Source of the DNA: an uncultured Sphingobacterium sp.
Lineage (GTDB): Bacteria > Bacteroidota > Bacteroidia > Sphingobacteriales > Sphingobacteriaceae
Assembly (NCBI GenBank): GCA_964580845.1
Contig: CAZOLA010000011.1
Span: 24,660 to 60,132 of the forward strand
Reading direction: 5' to 3'
DNA length: 35,473 bases
The number at the start of each line of letters is the position of its first letter. Positions within the stretch are counted from its first letter, which is position 1. The position numbers and the translations under genes were made by a program. The notes below the pieces were generated by a model that was not told where the DNA came from, did not search any database, and was given only the letters and a program-made list of their open reading frames with translations. Positions 17,461 through 24,852 of this stretch are shown piece by piece.

Positions 17461-18921
17461 TTGGCCAAAGTCATTGTTATTGGGGCAGGTATTGCTGGTA
17501 TTGCATCGGCCATTCGAATGGCAGTAAAAGGACATGCTGTACAGGTTTATGAAGCCAATTCCTATCCGGGTGGTAAATTATCCTCTTTCAGCATTCACAA
17601 TTTCCGGTTCGATGCTGGACCGAGTTTATTTACCATGCCACAATATGTGGACGAATTGTTTGAGCTGGCCGGAAAAAACCCTAGAGATTATTTTAATTAC
17701 ACAAAGTTGGATACGGTGTGTCATTACTTTTATGAGGACGGTACTCGGATCAAAGCTTGGTCAGATCCCGAAAAACTAGCGCATGAAATTGCTGCAAAAA
17801 CCGAGGACAGTGCCGATTCGGTTCGGGGTTTTCTGAAATACAGTGCCAGAATTTACGACATTACGAATCGCATTTTTTTGCAAAGTAGCCTGCATCGTAT
17901 CTCTTCTTATTTAAATTGGCAAACCCTGAAATCGATTCTTCGTTTTCCTCAGATTGATGCTTTCAGGAACATGAATCAAGCCAATTCGGATTTTTTTAAA
18001 GACGATAAAACGATCCGTTTTTTCAACAGATACGCCACCTATAACGGCTCAAATCCTTACAAAGCTCCTGCTACCCTCAATGTGATTCCTCATTTGGAAC
18101 AATCTTTTGGTGCTTATTTTCCTCGGGGAGGCATGTATGCCATTACCCAAAGTCTGGTAAAATTGGCCGAAGAATTGGGAGTAGTTTTTCATTATAATAC
18201 GCCTGTTGAAGAAATTTTGGTAGAGAAAAACCATATTAAGGGAGTCAAACTTAAAAATGGGTCCGAGCTGGCCGATCGGGTGATTTCTAATATGGATGTT
18301 TGGTTTGCTTATCATCAATTATTGAAAAATCAACAAGCGCCCAAGCGTATTCTACACCAGGAACGAAGCAGTTCGGCCCTTATTTTTTATTGGGGAATCA
18401 ATACGGTTTTCCCTGAATTGGATGTTCACAATATTTTCTTTAGTGAAGACTATCAACAAGAGTTTAATGCCATATGGGCGGATAAAAAGATAGATAGCGA
18501 TCCAACGGTTTACGTGCACATCAGTTCAAAATGCCAGTCTGAAGATGCGCCCCGAGGAGGAGAAAATTGGTTTGTGATGATCAATGTACCTGCTAATGAA
18601 GGACAGGATTGGGATCTTCTCATCGCGGAAGCAAGAAAAAATATCATTGACAAATTATCCAGAAATTTGGGTAAGCAGATAGCTGATTTGATCGTTTGCG
18701 AAGAAGTATTGGATCCGAGAATTATTGAGCGTAAGACCTCTTCTTATCAAGGTTCATTGTATGGGAGTAGTTCTAACAATCAATTTGCCGCATTCTTGAG
18801 ACATGCCAATTTCTCGTCTAAAATTAAGAACCTATATTTTGTGGGCGGCAGTGTTCACCCAGGCGGCGGCATTCCGCTGGCCTTACTTTCTGCCAGAATT
18901 GTGGATGAGCTATCTTCCTGA
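17461..18921 (+). CDS. CrtI-family carotenoid desaturase (FAD-dependent), CrtD-like (1-hydroxycarotenoid 3,4-desaturase)
   Basis: TTG start. N-terminal FAD-binding fold (VIVIGAGIAGIASAIRMAVKGHAVQVYEANSYPGGK). CrtI-family C-terminal signature (LYFVGGSVHPGGGIPLALLSARI). Confidence 0.75.
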   Translation: MAKVIVIGAGIAGIASAIRMAVKGHAVQVYEANSYPGGKLSSFSIHNFRFDAGPSLFTMPQYVDELFELAGKNPRDYFNYTKLDTVCHYFYEDGTRIKAWSDPEKLAHEIAAKTEDSADSVRGFLKYSARIYDITNRIFLQSSLHRISSYLNWQTLKSILRFPQIDAFRNMNQANSDFFKDDKTIRFFNRYATYNGSNPYKAPATLNVIPHLEQSFGAYFPRGGMYAITQSLVKLAEELGVVFHYNTPVEEILVEKNHIKGVKLKNGSELADRVISNMDVWFAYHQLLKNQQAPKRILHQERSSSALIFYWGINTVFPELDVHNIFFSEDYQQEFNAIWADKKIDSDPTVYVHISSKCQSEDAPRGGENWFVMINVPANEGQDWDLLIAEARKNIIDKLSRNLGKQIADLIVCEEVLDPRIIERKTSSYQGSLYGSSSNNQFAAFLRHANFSSKIKNLYFVGGSVHPGGGIPLALLSARIVDELSS

Positions 18922-18957
18922 TTGTTAATTGCTTGCAGAAATAACTATCTTTAACGC

Positions 18958-19581
18958 ATGCATCCGCCAAAGCAACATCTGATCATCTACTTTTTTTTCT
19001 CTTGGTATATCAACCGGCTCATTCGCTCAGATTTTGAAAGATTTGATTTTGACCTTATAGAAGTAGATCCAAACCGGGCAATTTTGTTGTTGGCCAATCA
19101 CTTTTCCTGGTGGGATGGGTTTCTGCTTTTCCAGCTGAATCGACTCTTGTTTAAAAAGCGATTCCATATCATGGTAACCGAAGAGAATTATCGTCAGGTT
19201 TGGTTTCTGAAATATTTAGGAGCTTTTTCGGTGAAGAAAAAGTCGAGAAGTATCCTCGAGACATTAAACTATGCTGGTTCTTTACTCAATGACCCGCAAA
19301 ATTTAGTGGTCATCTTTCCACAAGGAAAATTATACTCATCGCATTCCGAGGCTATAATTTTTGAAAAGGGATTGATGAACATCATCAACTCTTCTCAAAA
19401 GAAATTTCAGTACCTGTTTGCGGCCATTTTAACCGATTATTTCGAACACCGTAAACCAAGCGTGAAGTGTTTTCTCCAAACATGGGAAGGAGCCGAGTTT
19501 ACCAGTTTACAACTGATTAAGAGTGAGTATAACAAGCATTACGATGCATCGAAAAAGCAACAAAATCAGTTAAGTGTTTAG
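18958..19581 (+). CDS. PlsC-type (lysophospholipid acyltransferase family) acyltransferase, CruD-like
   Basis: HX4D motif (ANHFSWWDGF) and acyltransferase motif III (IFPQGKL). Confidence 0.7.
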   Translation: MHPPKQHLIIYFFFSWYINRLIRSDFERFDFDLIEVDPNRAILLLANHFSWWDGFLLFQLNRLLFKKRFHIMVTEENYRQVWFLKYLGAFSVKKKSRSILETLNYAGSLLNDPQNLVVIFPQGKLYSSHSEAIIFEKGLMNIINSSQKKFQYLFAAILTDYFEHRKPSVKCFLQTWEGAEFTSLQLIKSEYNKHYDASKKQQNQLSV

Positions 19582-19582
19582 T

Positions 19583-20677
19583 ATGGCCGTCATTTATTTT
19601 GTTTTTTTCTTCCTGATTTTACGGTTTTCTGTCACCTTATTCAATTACCTTTCCAGGCCTTTTTTGCCACTGAGCCCGAAAGTTTATCAGGATTTGGTTT
19701 CTGTTTTGATACCTGCCCGCAATGAAGCGAAAAACATCATGCAACTGCTCGAATCTTTACAAAAACAAGATTACGAACAAATAGAAGTGATTGTGTTAGA
19801 CGATGATTCGGAGGACGAGACTTACCAAGTTTGTAGTGAGTTTGCCAAGCAGGATTCGCGTTTCAGAGTAGAAAAAGGCAAGCCCTTAGCTGCCGGATGG
19901 CTCGGAAAAAATTATGCCTGCCATCAGTTGGCAGCCCTCGCCAATGGAAAGTATTTAATTTTCTTAGATGCGGATGAAATGGTCCGGCCCGGCCTCCTGC
20001 AGGCGGCAGTGCATCGGATGAAAACCCAAAAACTCGACTTGTTGAGTTTGTTTACCAATCAGCAAATGTCTGGTTTTGGAGAAAAACTGGTAGTCCCTCT
20101 TATGCATTATTTACTCCTAAACCTTTTACCGCTACGTTTGGTCCGATTGTCTTCGAATCCTTCTTTTTCGGCTGCAAGTGGTCAGTTCATGATGTTCGAT
20201 GCGGCACATTATGCCAAAAATCAATGGCATGAACAAGTAAAGAGCAGGGTGGTAGAAGATATTGAGATCATGAAACAGCTCAAAACTGCGCAGGGACGTG
20301 CAGAAACCCTCTTGGCTAATGGTCTCATTTACTGTCGGATGTATCATAGTTTTGGTGAAGCCATATCAGGGTTCAGTAAAAATTTCCTGGCAGGCTTTGC
20401 TTACAGTATACTTGGCTTATTTTTATACCTGTTTTTGGTTTTGATCGGCCCCCTGGCAATGGCTTGGTTTTTAGGACTGAACCTTACCTTGCTGGCCCTG
20501 GCACTCATCGCTCTTAGTAGGGTGATGATTGCTTTATTATCCGGACAATCTGTTTTTTGGAACTTGCTATTGCATCCGCTCCAAATGCTGATCTTGTTGT
20601 ATGTCGCGGTCTTATCAATGCAAAAATATTTAACCAGAACCAATACATGGAAAGGAAGAAACATCCCCAGCTCCTGA
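19583..20677 (+). CDS. Family-2 glycosyltransferase, CruC/CruG-like carotenoid glycosyltransferase candidate
   Basis: GT2 motifs VSVLIPARNEAKNI, VIVLDDDSEDET and FLDADEMV, plus C-terminal TM helices. The track start at 19574 is GTG. The ATG at 19583 lies 1 bp after the acyltransferase stop. Confidence 0.8.
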   Translation: MAVIYFVFFFLILRFSVTLFNYLSRPFLPLSPKVYQDLVSVLIPARNEAKNIMQLLESLQKQDYEQIEVIVLDDDSEDETYQVCSEFAKQDSRFRVEKGKPLAAGWLGKNYACHQLAALANGKYLIFLDADEMVRPGLLQAAVHRMKTQKLDLLSLFTNQQMSGFGEKLVVPLMHYLLLNLLPLRLVRLSSNPSFSAASGQFMMFDAAHYAKNQWHEQVKSRVVEDIEIMKQLKTAQGRAETLLANGLIYCRMYHSFGEAISGFSKNFLAGFAYSILGLFLYLFLVLIGPLAMAWFLGLNLTLLALALIALSRVMIALLSGQSVFWNLLLHPLQMLILLYVAVLSMQKYLTRTNTWKGRNIPSS

Positions 20678-21306
20678 ATCAAACCTCTCTAATTATCAGT
20701 GGATTGGTTTTGCTTTTTCATGCAGTAGGCCTTTATGGTTTTATTGATGCAGAACGAACAGCATCGTTTATCAAACTGGTGCCCATGCATTTGTTGCTGA
20801 TGCTGGCATTGATGTTGATCAGTCAGCCAGAAAAGAGCCGCAACTTTCTGTTCTTTGTAGTCATAATCTACATCGCCGGGTATTTGATAGAATTTCTTGG
20901 GGTACATACCGGTTTAATTTTTGGTGAATACCGTTACGGTCCTACTTTGGGCACTAAACTTGCCGAAATTCCCTTGTTGATTGGAGTAAACTGGGTGCTG
21001 CTCATATACAGTGTGGGAGTGAGCGTGGAGGCTTTGGGGCTTAAGAGTACGGTGCTTAAATCGGTATTTGGGGCAAGTATATTGGTATTGTTAGATGTTT
21101 TAATTGAACCCGTAGCTATCTATTTTAACTATTGGGATTGGGCGAGCGCAAGCATCCCCTTGCAAAATTACATCGCCTGGTTTTTGTTTTCTTTTGCAGG
21201 ATGTTGGCTATTCAACCGACTAACTTTTAATAAAGTAAATTTAGCGGCAACTGTTTTACTGTTTGCGCAATTCCTGTTTTTTATAGGACTCAATATAATG
21301 CGCTAA
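20647..21306 (+). CDS. Polytopic membrane protein, possibly a CruF-type carotenoid 1',2'-hydratase (DUF422 / Caroten_synth-like)
   Basis: About 220 aa with 6-7 hydrophobic helices and no soluble domain. It lies between the GT2 gene and ispH in the pigment operon. The ATG at 20647 overlaps the GT2 gene by 31 bp; the track ORF begins at a TTG at 20557. The family call rests on context rather than a motif. Confidence 0.45.
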   Translation: MERKKHPQLLNQTSLIISGLVLLFHAVGLYGFIDAERTASFIKLVPMHLLLMLALMLISQPEKSRNFLFFVVIIYIAGYLIEFLGVHTGLIFGEYRYGPTLGTKLAEIPLLIGVNWVLLIYSVGVSVEALGLKSTVLKSVFGASILVLLDVLIEPVAIYFNYWDWASASIPLQNYIAWFLFSFAGCWLFNRLTFNKVNLAATVLLFAQFLFFIGLNIMR

Positions 21307-21333
21307 CAAATACATTTCGTATTTTTGATAGAG

Positions 21334-22182
21334 ATGACTTATCAACTAAAAGTAACTATAGACGGCGATTCTGGATTTTGTTTCGGGGTGGTTTATGCCA
21401 TAGATATGGCCGAAGAGATTTTGGCAGATCAGGGTTACTTATATTGCCTTGGCGATATTGTGCACAACGATGAAGAAGTAGAGCGATTGAAAGCTAAAGG
21501 ACTAAAAATCATCGAACATGATGATTTAAAATCATTAAAAAATGAAAAGGTGTTGATACGGGCTCATGGAGAAGCACCCGAAACTTATCGTACAGCCTTA
21601 GAAAATAACATCACCCTCATAGATGCTTCTTGCCCGGTGGTTTTGAAACTGCAGAATCGCATTAAAAATTCTTACGACGAACAGGAAAAGATCTTGATTT
21701 TCGGAAAACATGGCCATGCTGAAGTGATTGGTTTGCAGGGCCAAACCAATAATAATGCATTGGTTTTTCAGGATATTGCCGAATTAGACGAGGTAGAACT
21801 GCCTCAGAATTTCACACTGTACAGTCAAACTACCAAAAGCACCGATAAATTTTATCAAATAAAGGAAGAGCTGATCAATAGGGGTTACGAAGTAAAAGCT
21901 CATGATACCATTTGTCGTCAGGTATCAAACCGCGATAAGGAATTACCGGAATTCGTTAAAAATTTCGACAAAATTGTTTTTGTCTCCGGAAAAAAATCTT
22001 CTAATGGCAAGGTACTGTATGAGGTTTGTCGTAAGCATAATCCCAACACTTACTTTGTATCGAGCAGTGATGAGTTGAGTAAAACCATGTTCAATGTTGG
22101 TGAAAGTGTAGGCATTTGTGGAGCCACCTCAACCCCTATGTGGCTGATGGAAGAGGTAAAGTCGGTTTTAGAGTCGTATTAA
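21334..22182 (+). CDS. ispH: 4-hydroxy-3-methylbut-2-enyl diphosphate reductase
   Basis: Three cluster-ligating Cys in IspH contexts (GFCFGV, DASCPVV, DTICRQV), plus the conserved HGHAEV and TYFVSS motifs. The track start at 21325 is TTG; the first ATG is at 21334. Confidence 0.9.
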   Translation: MTYQLKVTIDGDSGFCFGVVYAIDMAEEILADQGYLYCLGDIVHNDEEVERLKAKGLKIIEHDDLKSLKNEKVLIRAHGEAPETYRTALENNITLIDASCPVVLKLQNRIKNSYDEQEKILIFGKHGHAEVIGLQGQTNNNALVFQDIAELDEVELPQNFTLYSQTTKSTDKFYQIKEELINRGYEVKAHDTICRQVSNRDKELPEFVKNFDKIVFVSGKKSSNGKVLYEVCRKHNPNTYFVSSSDELSKTMFNVGESVGICGATSTPMWLMEEVKSVLESY

Positions 22183-22184
22183 AT

Positions 22185-23117
22185 ATGTTCAGAATTGTCT
22201 TTCTGATTGCCTTTTCACTTATCGGTGTACAGACAAGAGCACAAATTACCAAAGAGCTTAACTTACCCTCGAGTACTGGAACGCTATCTGGAACCTTAGT
22301 TGAGGCTGGCAGCAGAGATATTGTTGCCATCATTATTGCCGGCTCTGGTCCGACTGACCGTAATGGCAATAGCCCAATGGGTGTAAATGCTAATTCATAC
22401 CAGCTATTAGCTGAAGGCCTTGCCGTCAATGGTTTAGCTACTCTTCGCTACGATAAACGAGGAATTGGCGCCAGTAAGGCTGCCGGGACTGCAGAAATAG
22501 CTATGCGGTTCGACCACCTGATTGAAGATGTCAAACTATGGGCGAAATTCTTAAAATCATCAGAAAAATATAAGAAAGTTGTACTTATTGGTCATAGTGA
22601 AGGTGCTTTGGTAGCAAGTGTTGCAGCTCAGGATCCAGAAATAGTTGGACTCGTACTGTTAGCAGGGATGGGCAGAAACTTCGATGAGGTGATTGCTGAA
22701 CAGATCGCTAGAAATGCGCCTAAGCAAATCCAAGAGGAATCAAAATCAATCACAGATTCCTTGAAGGCAGGCTACACAGTTTCTAAAGTGCCTAGTTATT
22801 TATATGCCTTGTACCGTCCCTCGGTTCAGCCATACCTAATCTCACTATTACGCTATGCTCCTCAAACAGAATTAAAAAAGGTCGATAAACCAGTATTAAT
22901 TATTCAGGGAGAGGGAGATCTACAGATTTCGGTGAAAGATGCCAAAAATTTGGCTGAAGCCCATCCTAAAGCGGAACTGTTGCTGATTCCAAATATGGAT
23001 CACATACTCAAACCCGCTGATCCAGTATCTCCATTAGCCAATTATCAGAAACCCGATTTAGCTTTATCTCCCGAGTTGGTACCAGCCATCAGTCGATTTA
23101 TTTCAAGATTGAGATAG
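22185..23117 (+). CDS. Secreted alpha/beta-hydrolase-fold serine hydrolase
   Basis: Starts at the ATG at 22185, 2 bp after the ispH stop; the track ORF starts upstream at 22116. Signal peptide MFRIVFLIAFSLIGVQTRAQ. Nucleophile elbow GHSEGA (VVLIGHSEGALVA). Confidence 0.7.
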   Translation: MFRIVFLIAFSLIGVQTRAQITKELNLPSSTGTLSGTLVEAGSRDIVAIIIAGSGPTDRNGNSPMGVNANSYQLLAEGLAVNGLATLRYDKRGIGASKAAGTAEIAMRFDHLIEDVKLWAKFLKSSEKYKKVVLIGHSEGALVASVAAQDPEIVGLVLLAGMGRNFDEVIAEQIARNAPKQIQEESKSITDSLKAGYTVSKVPSYLYALYRPSVQPYLISLLRYAPQTELKKVDKPVLIIQGEGDLQISVKDAKNLAEAHPKAELLLIPNMDHILKPADPVSPLANYQKPDLALSPELVPAISRFISRLR

Positions 23118-23137
23118 TGTCTTTTTATCTTTGGCTT

Positions 23138-23860
23138 TTATCCCATATTGTGATAAACCGCTTGCACGTCATCATCCTCTTCCAGTTTGTCGATTAATTT
23201 TAGAACATCCGCAGCTTGCGCTTCCGAAACTTCGGTAGTAGATAAGGCTACCCGCTCCAATTTGGCACTTAATACCTCTATGCCTTTTTCTTCGAGCATT
23301 TTCTGCATCTTGCCAAAATCTTCAAAGGCAGTATGTATCACGGCTACGTCTTTGCCTTCTTCACCTTCCTCTACATATAAATCTTCCAGGCCAGCATCGA
23401 TCAATTCAAATTCCAGTTCCTCTAAATCCCATTCTCCCGGGTCAAAACGGAAAACGGATTTACGGTTGAAAATAAAATCCAGTGAACCAGTTTTGCCTAA
23501 TGTGCCATCGCATTTGTTAAAGTAACTCCGTACGTTGGCAACCGTTCTGTTGGTATTATCGGTGGCGGTTTCTACCAAAACTGCCACACCGTGAGGACCA
23601 TAGCCCTCATATACCAATTCCTCATAGTTGCTCTCGTCCTTATTACTGGCTCTTTTGATGGCTGCTTCCACACGGTCTTTCGGCATGTTTACTGCCTTGG
23701 CATTCTGCATGGCGGTACGCAAACGCGAGTTGGCGTCTGGATTGGGTCCACCGGCTTTTACAGCCATTACAATTTCTTTACCCAAACGGGTAAACTGAAC
23801 GGCCATTTTAGCCCAGCGCTTAAATTTTCTTTCTTTTCTAAATTCGAAGGCTCTTCCCAT
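23138..23860 (-). CDS. YebC/PmpR-family DNA-binding transcriptional regulator
   Basis: MGRAFEFRKERKFKRWAKMAVQFTRLGKEIVMAVKAGGPNPDANSRLRTAMQNAKAVNMPKDRVEAAIKRAS is the canonical YebC N-terminus. 240 aa. Confidence 0.9.
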   Translation of the reverse strand: MGRAFEFRKERKFKRWAKMAVQFTRLGKEIVMAVKAGGPNPDANSRLRTAMQNAKAVNMPKDRVEAAIKRASNKDESNYEELVYEGYGPHGVAVLVETATDNTNRTVANVRSYFNKCDGTLGKTGSLDFIFNRKSVFRFDPGEWDLEELEFELIDAGLEDLYVEEGEEGKDVAVIHTAFEDFGKMQKMLEEKGIEVLSAKLERVALSTTEVSEAQAADVLKLIDKLEEDDDVQAVYHNMG

Positions 23861-23870
23861 ACGATTGAGT

Positions 23871-24806
23871 TTATTTCTTAAGATTATTTAACATCTCTGT
23901 GGTCAATTCTTTCAAGTCGAACTTTAACTTCCAGCCCCAATCTTTTTGAGCATAAGTATCGTCGATAGATTTCGGCCAGCTGTCGGCAATGGCCTGGCGG
24001 GGGTCGTTTTCTTTATAGCTGATAGTAAAGTTTGGCAGGTGTTTGCGGATTTCGGTAGTCAGCATTTCGGGTGTAAAGCTGATGCCGCCCAGGTTGTAGC
24101 TAGAGCGGATGCTGATCTGTTCTGCAGGGGCATCCATCAGTTCCAAAGTAGCCCTGATGGCATCGTCCATGTACATCATCGGCAGGGCCGTATCTCCCGA
24201 AAGGAAACACTCGTAGGTGCCTTTGGCTAATGCTTCATGGAAAATATGAACGGCATAATCGGTAGTGCCGCCTCCTGGAGCAGCTTTCCAACCGATAAGT
24301 CCCGGATAACGGATGCTACGCACATCTAAACCATATTTTTGGAAGTAGTATTCGCACCAACGTTCTCCGGCCAATTTACTAAAACCGTAAACGGTATTGG
24401 GATCCATCACACAATACTGCGGTGTATTTTCACGAGGTGAGTTGGGTCCGAAAACAGCAATGGAACTAGGCCAGAATACTTTTTTTACCCTGAATTCAAG
24501 CGCTAAATCTAATACGTTTAAAAGGCCATCCATGTTCAGCTCCCAGGCTTTTTTTGGTTTTTGTTCGCCCACTGCTGAAAGTAGAGCTGCCAATAAATAA
24601 ACTTGGGAAGGCTGATATTCTTCGAATAGCTTACGCAAACCCGCTGCATCCAGCACATCAGCATGCTCAAAAGGACCCTCTGTTTCAATCGGTTCTTTGA
24701 TATCGCAGGCGATCACCTGATTTTTTCCAAATTTTTGTCTTAAAGCGGTTACCAGTTCGGTACCGATCTGTCCGTTTGAACCTAATACCAGAATTGTTTC
24801 TGCCAT
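23871..24806 (-). CDS. NAD-dependent epimerase/dehydratase-family (extended SDR) protein, likely an L-threonine 3-dehydrogenase of the GalE-like type
   Basis: N-terminal ILVLGSNGQIGTELV resembles the GxxGQIGxEL signature of SDR-type threonine dehydrogenases. The track start at 24824 is GTG; the ATG at 24806 gives MAETILVLGSNGQ. Confidence 0.6.
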   Translation of the reverse strand: MAETILVLGSNGQIGTELVTALRQKFGKNQVIACDIKEPIETEGPFEHADVLDAAGLRKLFEEYQPSQVYLLAALLSAVGEQKPKKAWELNMDGLLNVLDLALEFRVKKVFWPSSIAVFGPNSPRENTPQYCVMDPNTVYGFSKLAGERWCEYYFQKYGLDVRSIRYPGLIGWKAAPGGGTTDYAVHIFHEALAKGTYECFLSGDTALPMMYMDDAIRATLELMDAPAEQISIRSSYNLGGISFTPEMLTTEIRKHLPNFTISYKENDPRQAIADSWPKSIDDTYAQKDWGWKLKFDLKELTTEMLNNLKK

Positions 24807-24852
24807 GTTTTTACACTTTGGCACAAAGGTAAAAAAATACCACTATCTGCTA

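Noticed and set aside
23187-23525. 112-aa serine-rich plus-strand ORF
   Set aside because: Antisense to the YebC/PmpR gene, which has an unmistakable conserved N-terminus. Shadow ORF.
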